Assembly: GCA_964057225.1 (NCBI GenBank)
Contig: OZ059898.1
Coordinates: 10,230,001 to 10,294,000, forward strand
Origin: Auanema rhodensis
Lineage: Eukaryota; Animalia; Nematoda
DNA length: 64,000 nt
Direction: 5' to 3'
Shown here: piece by piece, positions 13,703 through 27,817 of the stretch
Numbering within the stretch: the stretch's first letter is position 1
Layout of the letters: each line of letters opens with the position of its first letter
Program-made: the position numbers and the translations under genes
The notes under the pieces: model-generated
Databases searched by the model: none
What the model saw: the letters and a program-made list of their open reading frames with translations, nothing else
Told to the model about the DNA's origin: nothing

Positions 13703-14726
13703 TTCGAAAATGTTAGATTGTTTCCGAAAAATTATGAAAAGTCAAGTTCTACTGATTTGAAGAGAATTGTAAGTTTTAGAAAATAATTAAAAATTAGTTC
13801 TCTCTACTATTAACTGATTGTCGGCTAAAATATGGTAACAGTTTTTATAAAAAGTTTCCATGATTAGGATTAAACAAAAAAAAGAATTAAAGAGAAACAC
13901 TTTTTGTTTACTTATTTGATTATAATACTTTAAATTCCAAAAACAGTAGAATAAAATTGAGAAATCGACAAAAACAGTTGAACGATTTGAAGAGAATTGT
14001 AAGTTTTAGAAAAGAATTAAAGTTCAGCTATCTCTACTATTAACTGACTATCGGCTAGAATAAGGTAACAGTTTTTATTGAAAGTTTCCATGATTAAGAT
14101 TGAACAAAAAAAAAATTAGAGAGAAACACTTCTTGTTTACTTACTTGATTATACTACTTGAAATTCGAAAAAAAGTAAAAAACAATTGAGAAAGCGACAT
14201 AAACAATTGAACGATTTGAAGAGAATTGTAAGTTTAAGAAAAGATTTAAAGTTTAGCTTTGTCTACTATTAACTGATTATCGGCTGAAATATGGTGACAG
14301 TTTTTTTTTAAAAGTTTCCATGATTAAGACTAATCAAAGAAAAAAAAATTAAAGAGAAACACTTCTTGTTTACTAATTTGATTATAACACTTGAAATTCC
14401 AACAAAAGTAAAGTGAAACTGTTAAAGCGAGTAAAACTTTTGAACAATTTGAAGACAATTGTAAGTTGAAGAATAAAATTAAAGTTTAGCTCTCTCTACT
14501 ATTAACTGAATGTCGGCTAAAATATGGTAACAGTTTTTATTAAAAGTTTCCATGATTAAGATTAAACAAAGAAAAAAAATCAAAGAGAAACACTTCTTGT
14601 TTACTAATTTGATTATAACACTTGAAATTCCAACAAAAGTAAAATAAAACTGTGAAAGCGGGTAAAACTGTTGAACTAAAACAGTCTTTATAAAATATAA
14701 ATGATATTTTTTTATAAAAGTGAAGT

Positions 14727-14797
14727 TGCATCGGCCGGGAATCGAACCCGGGTCGCCCGCGTGGCAGGCGAGCATTCTACCACTGAACCACCGATGC
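14727..14797 (-). tRNA. tRNA-Gly(GCC)
   Basis: Matches array consensus. Confidence 0.95.
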
Positions 14798-15591
14798 TTC
14801 GAAAATGTTAGATTGTTTCCGAAAAATTATGAAAAGTCAAGTTCCACTGATTTGAAGAAAATTGTAAGTTTTAGAAAATAATTAAAAATAAGTTCTCTCT
14901 ACTATTAACTGATTGTCGGCTAAAATATGGTAACAGTTTTTATAAAAAGTTTCCATGATTGAGATTAAACAAAAAAAAGAATTAAAGAGAAACACTTCTT
15001 GTTTACTTACTTGATTATAATACTTGAAATTCGAAAAAAAGTAAAAAACAATTGAGAAAGCGACATAAACAGTTGAACGATTTGAAGAGAATTGTAAGTT
15101 TTAGAAAAGAATTAAAGTTCAGCTACCTTTACTATTAACTGATTATCGGCTGAAATATGGTGACAGTTTTTTATTAAAAGTTTCCATGATTAAGATTAAA
15201 CAAAGAAAAAAAATCAAAGAGAAACACTTCTTGTTTACTTATTTGATTATAACACTTGAAATTCCAACAAAAGTGAAGTAAAACTGTTAAAGCGAGTAAA
15301 ACTGTTGAACGATTTGAAGACAATTGTAAGTTGAAGAAAAAAATTAAAGTTTAGCTCTCTCTACTATTAACTGAATGTCGGCTGAAATAAGGTAACAATT
15401 TTTATTAAAAGTTTCCATGATTTAGATTAAACAAAGAAAAAAAATCAAAGAGAAACACTTCTTGTTTACTAATTTGATTATAACACTTGAAAATCCAACA
15501 AAAGTAAAATAAAACTGTGAAAGCGGGTAAAACTGTTGAACTAAAACAGTCTTTATAAAATATAAATGATATATTTTTATAAAAGTGAAGT

Positions 15592-15662
15592 TGCATCGGC
15601 CGGGAATCGAACCCGGGTCGCCCGCGTGGCAGGCGAGCATTCTACCACTGAACCACCGATGC
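15592..15662 (-). tRNA. tRNA-Gly(GCC)
   Basis: Matches array consensus. Confidence 0.95.
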
Positions 15663-16685
15663 TTCGAAAATGTTAGATTGTTTCCGAAAAATTATGAAAA
15701 GTCAAGTTCTACTGATTTGAAGAGAATTGTAAGTTTTAGAAAATAATTGAAAATTAGTTCTCTCTACTATTAACTGATTGTCGGCTAAAATATGGCTACA
15801 GTTTTTATAAAAAGTTTCCATGATTAGGATTAAACAAAAAAAAGAATTAAAGAGAAACACTTTTTGTTTACTTATTTGATTATAATACTTTAAATTCCAA
15901 AAACAGTAGAATAAAATTGAGAAATCGACAAAAACAGTTGAACGATTTGAAGAGAATTGTAAGTTTTAGAAAAGAATTAAAGTTCAGCTATCTCTACTAT
16001 TAACTGACTATCGGCTAGAATAAGGTAACAGTTTTTATTGAAAGTTTCCATGATTAAGATTGAACAAAAAAAAATTAGAGAGAAACACTTCTTGTTTACT
16101 TACTTGATTATAATACTTGAAATTCCAAAAACAGTAAAATAAAATTGTGAAAGCGACAAAAACAGTTGAACGATTTGAAGACAATTGTAAGTTTAAGAAA
16201 AGAATTAAAGTTTAGCTTTGTCTACTATTAACTGATTATCGGCTGAAATATGGTGACAGTTTTTTTTTAAAAGTTTCCAGGATTAAGATTAAACAAAGAA
16301 AAAAAAATCAAAGAGAAACACTTCTTGTTTACTAATTTGATTATAACACTTGAAATTCCAACAAAAGTAAAGTAAAACTGTTAATGCGAGTAAAACTGTT
16401 GAACAATTTGAAGACAATTGTAAGTTGAAAAAAAAAATTAAAGTTTAGCTCTCTCTACTATTAACTGAATGTCGGCTAAAATATGATAACAGTTTTTATT
16501 AAAAGTTTCCATGATTAAGATTAAACAAAGAAAAAAAATCAAAGAGAAACACTTCTTGTTTACTAATTTGATTATAACACTTGAAATTCCAACAAAAGTA
16601 AAATAAAACTGTGAAAGCGGGTAAAACTGTTGAACTAAAACAGTCTTTATAAAATATAAATGATATTTTTTTATAAAAGTGAAGT

Positions 16686-16756
16686 TGCATCGGCCGGGAA
16701 TCGAACCCGGGTCGCCCGCGTGGCAGGCGAGCATTCTACCACTGAACCACCGATGC
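16686..16756 (-). tRNA. tRNA-Gly(GCC)
   Basis: Matches array consensus. Confidence 0.95.
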
Positions 16757-17549
16757 TTCGAAAATGTTAGATTGTTTCCGAAAAATTATGAAAAGTCAAG
16801 TTCTACTGATTTGAAGAGAATTGTGAGTTTTAGAAAAGAATTAAAGTTCAGCTATCTCTACTATTAACTGATTATCGGCTAAAATAAGGTAACAGTTTTT
16901 ATTGAAAGTTTCCATGATTAAGATTAAACAAAGAAAAAAAATCAAAGAGAAACACTTCTTGTTTACTTATTTGATTATAATACTTGAAATTCCAAAAACA
17001 GTAGAATAAAATAGAGAAAGCGACGAAAAAAGTTGAACGATTTGAAGAGAATTGTAAGTTTTAGAAAAGAATTAAAGTTCAGCTATCTCTACTATTAACT
17101 GATTATCGGCTAAAATAAGGTAACAGTTTTTATTGAAAATTTCCTTGATTAAGATTAAACAAAGAAAAAAATCAAAGAGAAACACTTCTTGTTTACTTAC
17201 TTGATTATAATACTTGAAATTCCAAAAACAGTAAAATAAAATTGAAAAAGCGACAAAAACAGTTGAACGATTTGAAGACAATTGTAAGTTGAAGAATAAA
17301 ATTCAAGTTTAGCTCTCTCTACTATTAACTGAATGTCGGCTAAAATATGGTAACAGTTTTTATTAAAAGTTCCCATGATTAAGATTAAACAAAGAAAAAA
17401 AATCAAAGAGAAACACTTCTTGTTTACTTATTTGATTATAATACTTGAAATTCCAAAAACAGTAAAATAAAACTGTGAAAGCGGGTAAAACTGTTGAACT
17501 AAAACAGTCTTTATAAAATATAAATGATATTTTTTTATAAAAGTGAAGT

Positions 17550-17620
17550 TGCATCGGCCGGGAATCGAACCCGGGTCGCCCGCGTGGCAGGCGAGCATTC
17601 TACCACTGAACCACCGATAC
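17550..17620 (-). tRNA. tRNA-Gly(GCC), variant C2T
   Basis: CCGATAC instead of CCGATGC on +. Confidence 0.85.
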
Positions 17621-18415
17621 TTCGAAAATGTTAGATTGTTTCCGAAAAATTATGAAAAGTCAAGTTCTACTGATTTGAAGAAAATTGTAAGTTTTAGAAA
17701 ATAATTAAAAATAAGTTCTCTCTACTATTAACTGATTGTCGGCTAAAATATGGTAACAGTTTTTATGTAAAGTTTCCATGATTAGGATTAAACAAAAAAA
17801 AGAATTAAAAAGAAACACTTCTTGTTTACTTACTTGATTATACTACTTGAAATTCCAAAAACAGTAGAATAAAATAGAGAAAGAGACGAAAAAAGTTGAA
17901 CGATTTGAAGAGAATTGTGAGTTTTAGAAAAGAATTAAAGTTTAGCTTTGTCTACTATTAACTGATTATCGGCTGAAATATGGTGACAGTTTTTTTTTAA
18001 AAGTTTCCATGATTAAGATTAATCAAAGAAAAAAAAATCAAAGAGAAACACTTCTTGTTTACTAATTTGATTATAACACTTGAAATTCCAACAAAAGTAA
18101 AGTAAAACTGTTTAAGCGAGTAAAACTGTTGAACAATTTGAAGACAATTGTAAGTTGAAGAATAAAATTAAAGTTTAGCTCTCTCTACTATTAACTGAAT
18201 GTCGGCTAAAATATGGTAACAGTTTTTATTAAAAGTTTCCATGATTAAGATTAAACAAAGAAAAAAAATCAAAGAGAAACACTTCTTGTTTACTTATTTG
18301 ATTATAATACTTGAAATTCCAAAAACAGTAAAATAAAACTGTGAAAGCGGGTAAAACTGTTGAACTAAAACAGTCTTTATAAAATATAAATGATATTTTT
18401 TTATAAAAGTGAAGT

Positions 18416-18486
18416 TGCATCGGCCGGGAATCGAACCCGGGTCGCCCGCGTGGCAGGCGAGCATTCTACCACTGAACCACCGATGC
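18416..18486 (-). tRNA. tRNA-Gly(GCC)
   Basis: Matches array consensus. Confidence 0.95.
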
Positions 18487-19278
18487 TTCGAAAATGTTAG
18501 ATTGTTTCCGAAAAATTATGAAAAGTCAAGTTCCACTGATTTGAAGAAAATTGTAAGTTTTAGAAAATAATTAAAAATAAGTTCTCTCTACTATTAACTG
18601 ATTGTCGGCTAAAATATGGTAACAGTTTTTATAAAAAGTTTCCATGATTGAGATTAAACAAAAAAAAGAATTAAAGAGAAACACTTCTTGTTTACTTACT
18701 TGATTATACTACTTGAAATTCGAAAAAAAGTAAAAAACAATTGAGAAAGCGACATAAACAGTTGAACGATTTGAAGAGAATTGTAAGTTTAAGAAAAGAT
18801 TTAAAGTTTAGCTTTGTCTACTATTAACTGATTATCGGCAAAAATAAGGTAACAGTTTTTATTGAAAGTTTCCATGATTAAGATTAAACAAAGAAAAAAA
18901 TCAAAGAGAAACACTTCTTGTTTACTTACTTGATTATAATACTTGAAATTCCAAAAACAGTAAAATAAAATTGAAAAAGCGACAAAAACAGTTGAACGAT
19001 TTGAAGACAATTGTAAGTTGAAGAATAAAATTAAAGTTTAGCTCTCTCTACTATTAACTGAATGTCGGCTAAAATATGGTATCAGTTTTTATTAAAAGTT
19101 TCCATGATTAAGATTAAACAAAGAAAAAAAATCAAAGAGAAACACTTCTTGTTTACTAATTTGATTATAACACTTGAAAATCCAACAAAAGTAAAATAAA
19201 ACTGTGAAAGCGGGTAAAACTGTTGAACTAAAACAGTCTTTATAAAATATAAATGCTATATTTTTATAAAATAGAAGT

Positions 19279-19349
19279 TGCATCGGCCGGGAATCGAACC
19301 CGGGTCGCCCGCGTGGCAGGCGAGCATTCTACCACTGAACCACCGATGC
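19279..19349 (-). tRNA. tRNA-Gly(GCC)
   Basis: Matches array consensus. Confidence 0.95.
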
Positions 19350-19911
19350 TTCGAAAATGTTAGATTGTTTCCGAAAAATTATGAAAAGTCAAGTTCTACT
19401 GATTTGAAGAGAATTGTAAGTTTTAGAAAATAATTAAAAATTAGTTCTCTCTACTATTAACTGATTGTCGGCTAAAATATGGTAACAGTTTTTATAAAAA
19501 GTTTCCATGATTAGGATTAAACAAAAAAAAGAATTAAAGAGAAACACTTTTTGTTTACTTATTTGATTATAATACTTTAAATTCCAAAAACAGTAGAATA
19601 AAATTGAGAAATCGACAAAAACAGTTGAACGATTTGAAGAGAATTGTAAGTTTTAGAAAAGAATTAAAGTTCAGCTATCTCTACTATTAACTGAATGTCG
19701 GCTAAAATATGGTAACAGTTTTTATTAAAAGTTTCCATGATTAAGATTAAACAAAGAAAAAAAATCAAAGAGAAACACTTCTTGTTTACTTATTTGATTA
19801 TAATACTTGAAATTCCAAAAACAGTAAAATAAAACTGTGAAAGCGGGTAAAACTGTTGAACTAAAACAGTCTTTATAAAATATAAATGATATTTTTTTAT
19901 AAAAGTGAAGT

Positions 19912-19982
19912 TGCATCGGCCGGGAATCGAACCCGGGTCGCCCGCGTGGCAGGCGAGCATTCTACCACTGAACCACCGATGC
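19912..19982 (-). tRNA. tRNA-Gly(GCC)
   Basis: Matches array consensus. Confidence 0.95.
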
Positions 19983-20774
19983 TTCGAAAATGTTAGATTG
20001 TTTCCGAAAAATTATGAAAAGTCAAGTTCCACTGATTTGAAGAAAATTGTAAGTTTTAGAAAATAATTAAAAATAAGTTCTCTCTACTATTAACTGATTG
20101 TCGGCTAAAATATGGTAACAGTTTTTATAAAAAGTTTCCATGATTGAGATTAAACAAAAAAAAGAATTAAAGAGAAACACTTCTTGTTTACTTACTTGAT
20201 TATACTACTTGAAATTCGAAAAAAAGTAAAAAACAATTGAGAAAGCGACATAAACAGTTGAACGATTTGAAGAGAATTGTAAGTTTAAGAAAAGATTTAA
20301 AGTTTAGCTTTGTCTACTATTAACTGATTATCGGCAAAAATAAGGTAACAGTTTTTATTGAAAGTTTCCATGATTAAGATTAAACAAAGAAAAAAATCAA
20401 AGAGAAACACTTCTTGTTTACTTACTTGATTATAATACTTGAAATTCCAAAAACAGTAAAATAAAATTGAAAAAGCGACAAAAACAGTTGAACGATTTGA
20501 AGACAATTGTAAGTTGAAGAATAAAATTAAAGTTCAGCTATCTCTACTATTAACTGAATGTCGGCTAAAATATGGTAACAGTTTTTATTAAAAGTTTCCA
20601 TGATTAAGATTAAACAAAGAAAAAAAATCAAAGAGAAACACTTCTTGTTTACTTATTTGATTATAATACTTGAAATTCCAAAAACAGTAAAATAAAACTG
20701 TGAAAGCGGGTAAAACTGTTGAACTAAAACAGTCTTTATAAAATATAAATGATATTTTTTTATAAAAGTGAAGT

Positions 20775-20845
20775 TGCATCGGCCGGGAATCGAACCCGGG
20801 TCGCCCGCGTGGCAGGCGAGCATTCTACCACTGAACCACCGATGC
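20775..20845 (-). tRNA. tRNA-Gly(GCC)
   Basis: Matches array consensus. Confidence 0.95.
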
Positions 20846-21637
20846 TTCGAAAATGTTAGATTGTTTCCGAAAAATTATGAAAAGTCAAGTTCCACTGATT
20901 TGAAGAAAATTGTAAGTTTTAGAAAATAATTAAAAATAAGTTCTCTCTACTATTAACTGATTGTCGGCTAAAATATGGTAACAGTTTTTATAAAAAGTTT
21001 CCATGATTGAGATTAAACAAAAAAAAGAATTAAAGAGAAACACTTCTTGTTTACTTACTTGATTATACTACTTGAAATTCGAAAAAAAGTAAAAAACAAT
21101 TGAGAAAGCGACATAAACAGTTGAACGATTTGAAGAGAATTGTAAGTTTAAGAAAAGATTTAAAGTTTAGCTTTGTCTACTATTAACTGATTATCGGCAA
21201 AAATAAGGTAACAGTTTTTATTGAAAGTTTCCATGATTAAGATTAAACAAAGAAAAAAATCAAAGAGAAACACTTCTTGTTTACTTACTTGATTATAATA
21301 CTTGAAATTCCAAAAACAGTAAAATAAAATTGAAAAAGCGACAAAAACAGTTGAACGATTTGAAGACAATTGTAAGTTGAAGAATAAAATTAAAGTTTAG
21401 CTCTCTCTACTATTAACTGAATGTCGGCTAAAATATGGTATCAGTTTTTATTAAAAGTTTCCATGATTAAGATTAAACAAAGAAAAAAAATCAAAGAGAA
21501 ACACTTCTTGTTTACTAATTTGATTATAACACTTGAAAATCCAACAAAAGTAAAATAAAACTGTGAAAGCGGGTAAAACTGTTGAACTAAAACAGTCTTT
21601 ATAAAATATAAATGCTATATTTTTATAAAATAGAAGT

Positions 21638-21708
21638 TGCATCGGCCGGGAATCGAACCCGGGTCGCCCGCGTGGCAGGCGAGCATTCTACCACTGAACC
21701 ACCGATGC
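21638..21708 (-). tRNA. tRNA-Gly(GCC)
   Basis: Matches array consensus. Confidence 0.95.
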
Positions 21709-22500
21709 TTCGAAAATGTTAGATTGTTTCCGAAAAATTATGAAAAGTCAAGTTCTACTGATTTGAAGAGAATTGTAAGTTTTAGAAAATAATTAAAAAT
21801 TAGTTCTCTCTACTATTAACTGATTGTCGGCTAAAATATGGTAACAGTTTTTATAAAAAGTTTCCATGATTGAGATTAAACAAAAAAAAGAATTAAAGAG
21901 AAACACTTCTTGTTTACTTACTTGATTATACTACTTGAAATTCGAAAAAAAGTAAAAAACAATTGAGAAAGCGACATAAACAGTTGAACGATTTGAAGAG
22001 AATTGTAAGTTTAAGAAAAGATTTAAAGTTTAGCTTTGTCTACTATTAACTGATTATCGGCAAAAATAAGGTAACAGTTTTTATTGAAAGTTTCCATGAT
22101 TAAGATTAAACAAAGAAAAAAATCAAAGAGAAACACTTCTTGTTTACTTACTTGATTATAATACTTGAAATTCCAAAAACAGTAAAATAAAATTGAAAAA
22201 GCGACAAAAACAGTTGAACGATTTGAAGACAATTGTAAGTTGAAGAATAAAATTAAAGTTTAGCTCTCTCTACTATTAACTGAATGTCGGCTAAAATATG
22301 GTATCAGTTTTTATTAAAAGTTTCCATGATTAAGATTAAACAAAGAAAAAAAATCAAAGAGAAACACTTCTTGTTTACTAATTTGATTATAACACTTGAA
22401 AATCCAACAAAAGTAAAATAAAACTGTGAAAGCGGGTAAAACTGTTGAACTAAAACAGTCTTTATAAAATATAAATGCTATATTTTTATAAAATAGAAGT

Positions 22501-22571
22501 TGCATCGGCCGGGAATCGAACCCGGGTCGCCCGCGTGGCAGGCGAGCATTCTACCACTGAACCACCGATGC
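22501..22571 (-). tRNA. tRNA-Gly(GCC)
   Basis: Matches array consensus. Confidence 0.95.
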
Positions 22572-23363
22572 TTCGAAAATGTTAGATTGTTTCCGAAAAA
22601 TTATGAAAAGTCAAGTTCTACTGATTTGAAGAGAATTGTAAGTTTTAGAAAATAATTAAAAATTAGTTCTCTCTACTATTAACTGATTGTCGGCTAAAAT
22701 ATGGTAACAGTTTTTATAAAAAGTTTCCATGATTGAGATTAAACAAAAAAAAGAATTAAAGAGAAACACTTCTTGTTTACTTACTTGATTATACTACTTG
22801 AAATTCGAAAAAAAGTAAAAAACAATTGAGAAAGCGACATAAACAGTTGAACGATTTGAAGAGAATTGTAAGTTTAAGAAAAGATTTAAAGTTTAGCTTT
22901 GTCTACTATTAACTGATTATCGGCAAAAATAAGGTAACAGTTTTTATTGAAAGTTTCCATGATTAAGATTAAACAAAGAAAAAAATCAAAGAGAAACACT
23001 TCTTGTTTACTTACTTGATTATAATACTTGAAATTCCAAAAACAGTAAAATAAAATTGAAAAAGCGACAAAAACAGTTGAACGATTTGAAGACAATTGTA
23101 AGTTGAAGAATAAAATTAAAGTTTAGCTCTCTCTACTATTAACTGAATGTCGGCTAAAATATGGTATCAGTTTTTATTAAAAGTTTCCATGATTAAGATT
23201 AAACAAAGAAAAAAAATCAAAGAGAAACACTTCTTGTTTACTAATTTGATTATAACACTTGAAAATCCAACAAAAGTAAAATAAAACTGTGAAAGCGGGT
23301 AAAACTGTTGAACTAAAACAGTCTTTATAAAATATAAATGCTATATTTTTATAAAATAGAAGT

Positions 23364-23434
23364 TGCATCGGCCGGGAATCGAACCCGGGTCGCCCGCGTG
23401 GCAGGCGAGCATTCTACCACTGAACCACCGATGC
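23364..23434 (-). tRNA. tRNA-Gly(GCC)
   Basis: Matches array consensus. Confidence 0.95.
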
Positions 23435-24457
23435 TTCGAAAATGTTAGATTGTTTCCGAAAAATTATGAAAAGTCAAGTTCTACTGATTTGAAGAGAATT
23501 GTAAGTTTTAGAAAATAATTAAAAATTAGTTCTCTCTACTATTAACTGATTGTCGGCTAAAATATGGTAACAGTTTTTATAAAAAGTTTCCATGATTAGG
23601 ATTAAACAAAAAAAAGAATTAAAGAGAAACACTTTTTGTTTACTTATTTGATTATAATACTTTAAATTCCAAAAACAGTAGAATAAAATTGAGAAATCGA
23701 CAAAAACAGTTGAACGATTTGAAGAGAATTGTAAGTTTTAGAAAAGAATTAAAGTTCAGCTATCTCTACTATTAACTGACTATCGGCTAGAATAAGGTAA
23801 CAGTTTTTATTGAAAGTTTCCATGATTAAGATTGAACAAAAAAAAAATTAGAGAGAAACACTTCTTGTTTACTTACTTGATTATACTACTTGAAATTCGA
23901 AAAAAAGTAAAAAACAATTGAGAAAGCGACATAAACAATTGAACGATTTGAAGAGAATTGTAAGTTTAAGAAAAGATTTAAAGTTTAGCTTTGTCTACTA
24001 TTAACTGATTATTGGCTGAAATATGGTGACAGTTTTTTTTTAAAAGTTTCCATGATTAAGACTAATCAAAGAAAAAAAATTAAAGAGAAACACTTCTTGT
24101 TTACTAATTTGATTATAACACTTGAAATTCCAACAAAAGTAAAGTGAAACTGTTAAAGCGAGTAAAACTTTTGAACAATTTGAAGACAATTGTAAGTTGA
24201 AGAATAAAATTAAAGTTTAGCTCTCTCTACTATTAACTGAATGTCGGCTAAAATATGGTAACAGTTTTTATTAAAAGTTTCCATGATTAAGATTAAACAA
24301 AGAAAAAAAATCAAAGAGAAACACTTCTTGTTTACTAATTTGATTATAACACTTGAAATTCCAACAAAAGTAAAATAAAACTGTGAAAGCGGGTAAAACT
24401 GTTGAACTAAAACAGTCTTTATAAAATATAAATGATATATTTTTATAAAAGTGAAGT

Positions 24458-24528
24458 TGCATCGGCCGGGAATCGAACCCGGGTCGCCCGCGTGGCAGGC
24501 GAGCATTCTACCACTGAACCACCGATGC
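24458..24528 (-). tRNA. tRNA-Gly(GCC)
   Basis: Matches array consensus. Confidence 0.95.
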
Positions 24529-25553
24529 TTCGAAAATGTTAGATTGTTTCCGAAAAATTATGAAAAGTCAAGTTCTACTGATTTGAAGAGAATTGTAAGT
24601 TTTAGAAAATAATTAAAAATTAGTTCTCTCTACTATTAACTGATTGTCGGCTGAAATATGGTTACAGTTTTTATAAAAAGTTTCCATGATTAGGATTAAA
24701 CAAAAAAAACAATTAAAGAGAAACACTTTTTGTTTACTTATTTGATTATAATACTTTAAATTCCAAAAACAGTAGAATAAAATTGAGAAATCGACAAAAA
24801 CAGTTGAACGATTTGAAGAGAATTGTAAGTTTTAGAAAGGAATTAAAGTTCAGCTATCTCTACTATTAACTGACTATCGGCTAGAATAAGGTAACAGTTT
24901 TTATTGAAAGTTTCCATGATTAAGATTGAACAAAAAAAAAAATTAGAGAGAAACACTTCTTGTTTACTTACTTGATTATAATACTTGAAATTCCAAAAAC
25001 AGTAAAATAAAATTGTGAAAGCGACAAAAACAGTTGAACGATTTGAAGACAATTGTAAGTTTAAGAAAAGAATTAAAGTTTAGCTTTGTCTACTATTAAC
25101 TGATTATCGGCTGAAATATGGTGACAGTTTTTTTTTAAAAGTTTCCAGGATTAAGATTAAACAAAGAAAAAAAAATCAAAGAGAAACACTTCTTGTTTAC
25201 TAATTTGATTATAACACTTGAAATTCCAACAAAAGTAAAGTAAAACTGTTAATGCGAGTAAAACTGTTGAACAATTTGAAGACAATTGTAAGTTGAAAAA
25301 AAAAATTAAAGTTTAGCTCTCTCTACTATTAACTGAATGTCGGCTAAAATATGATAACAGTTTTTATTAAAAGTTTCCATGATTAAGATTAAACAAAGAA
25401 ACAAAATCAAAGAGAAACACTTCTTGTTTACTAATTTGATTATAACACTTGAAATTCCAACAAAAGTAAAATAAAACTGTGAAAGCGGGTAAAACTGTTG
25501 AACTAAAACAGTCTTTATAAAATATAAATGATATTTTTTTATAAAAGTGAAGT

Positions 25554-25624
25554 TGCATCGGCCGGGAATCGAACCCGGGTCGCCCGCGTGGCAGGCGAGC
25601 ATTCTACCACTGAACCACCGATGC
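25554..25624 (-). tRNA. tRNA-Gly(GCC)
   Basis: Matches array consensus. Confidence 0.95.
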
Positions 25625-26417
25625 TTCGAATATGTTAGATTGTTTCCGAAAAATTATGAAAAGTCAAGTTCTACTGATTTGAAGAGAATTGTGAGTTTTA
25701 GAAAAGAATTAAAGTTCAGCTATCTCTACTATTAACTGATTATCGGCTAAAATAAGGTAACAGTTTTTATTGAAAGTTTCCATGATTAAGATTAAACAAA
25801 GAAAAAAAATCAAAGAGAAACACTTCTTGTTTACTTATTTGATTATAATACTTGAAATTCCAAAAACAGTAGAATAAAATAGAGAAAGCGACGAAAAAAG
25901 TTGAACGATATGAAGAGAATTGTAAGTTTTAGAAAAGAATTAAAGTTCAGCTATCTCTACTATTAACTGATTATCGGCTAAAATAAGGTAACAGTTTTTA
26001 TTGAAAATTTCCATGATTAAGATTAAACAAAGAAAAAAATCAAAGAGAAACACTTCTTGTTTACTTACTTGATTATAATACTTGAAATTCCAAAAACAGT
26101 AAAATAAAATTGAAAAAGCGACAAAAACAGTTGAACGATTTGAAGACAATTGTAAGTTGAAGAATAAAATTATAGTTTAGCTCTCTCTACTATTAACTGA
26201 ATGTCGGCTAAAATATGGTAACAGTTTTTATTAAAAGTTCCCATGATTAAGATTAAACAAAGAAAAAAAATCAAAGAGAAACACTTCTTGTTTACTTATT
26301 TGATTATAATACTTGAAATTCCAAAAACAGTAAAATAAAACTGTGAAAGCGGGTAAAACTGTTGAACTAAAACAGTCTTTATAAAATATAAATGATATTT
26401 TTTTATAAAAGTGAAGT

Positions 26418-26488
26418 TGCATCGGCCGGGAATCGAACCCGGGTCGCCCGCGTGGCAGGCGAGCATTCTACCACTGAACCACCGATAC
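26418..26488 (-). tRNA. tRNA-Gly(GCC), variant C2T
   Basis: CCGATAC instead of CCGATGC on +. Confidence 0.85.
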
Positions 26489-27746
26489 TTCGAAAATGTT
26501 AGATTGTTTCCGAAAAATTATGAAAAGTCAAGTTCTACTGATTTGAAGAAAATTGTAAGTTTTAGAAAATAATTAAAAATAAGTTCTCTCTACTATTAAC
26601 TGATTGTCGGCTAAAATATGGTAACAGTTTTTATGTAAAGTTTCCATGATTAGGATTAAACAAAAAAAAGAATTAAAAAGAAACACTTCTTGTTTACTTA
26701 CTTGATTATACTACTTGAAATTCCAAAAACAGTAGAATAAAATAGAGAAAGAGACGAAAAAAGTTGAACGATTTGAAGAGAATTGTGAGTTTTAGAAAAG
26801 AATTAAAGTTTAGCTTTGTCTACTATTAACTGATTATCGGCTGAAATATGGTGACAGTTTTTTTTTAAAAGTTTCCATGATTAAGATTAATCAAAGAAAA
26901 AAAAATCAAAGAGAAACACTTCTTGTTTACTAATTTGATTATAACACTTGAAATTCCAACAAAAGTAAAGTAAAACTGTTAAAGCGAGTAAAACTGTTGA
27001 ACAATTTGAAGACAATTGTAAGTTGAAGAATAAAATTAAAGTTTAGCTCTCTCTACTATTAACTGAATGTCGGCTAAAATATGGTAACAGTTTTTATTAA
27101 AAGTTTCCATGATTAAGATTAAACAAAGAAAAAAAATCAAAGAGAAACACTTCTTGTTTACTAATTTGATTATAACACTTGAAATTCCAACAAAAGTAAA
27201 ATAAAACTGTGAAAGCGGGTAAAACTGTTGAACGATTTGAAGAGAATTGTAAGTTTAAGAAAAGATTTAAAGTTTAGCTTTGTCTACTATTAACTGATTA
27301 TCGGCTGAAATATGGTGACAGTTTTTTTTTAAAAGTTTCCATGATTCAGATTAATCAAAGAAAAAAAAATCAAAGAGAAACACTTCTTGTTTACTAATTT
27401 GATTAAAACACTTGAAATTCCAACAAAAGTAAAGTAAAACTGTTAAAGCGAGTAAAACTGTTGAACGATTTGAAGAGAATTGTAAGTTTAAGAAAAGATT
27501 TAAAGTTTAGCTTTGTCTACTATTAACTGATTATCGGCTAAAATAAGGTAACAGTTTTTATTGAAAGTTTCCATGATTAAGATTAAACAAAGAAAAAAAT
27601 CAAAGAGAAACACTTCTTGTTTACTTACTTGATTATAATACTTGAAAATCCAACAAAAGTAAAATAAAACTGTGAAAGCGGGTAAAACTGTTGAACTAAA
27701 ACAGTCTTTATAAAATATAAATGCTATATTTTTATAAAATAGAAGT

Positions 27747-27817
27747 TGCATCGGCCGGGAATCGAACCCGGGTCGCCCGCGTGGCAGGCGAGCATTCTAC
27801 CACTGAACCACCGATGC
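27747..27817 (-). tRNA. tRNA-Gly(GCC)
   Basis: Matches array consensus. Confidence 0.95.
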
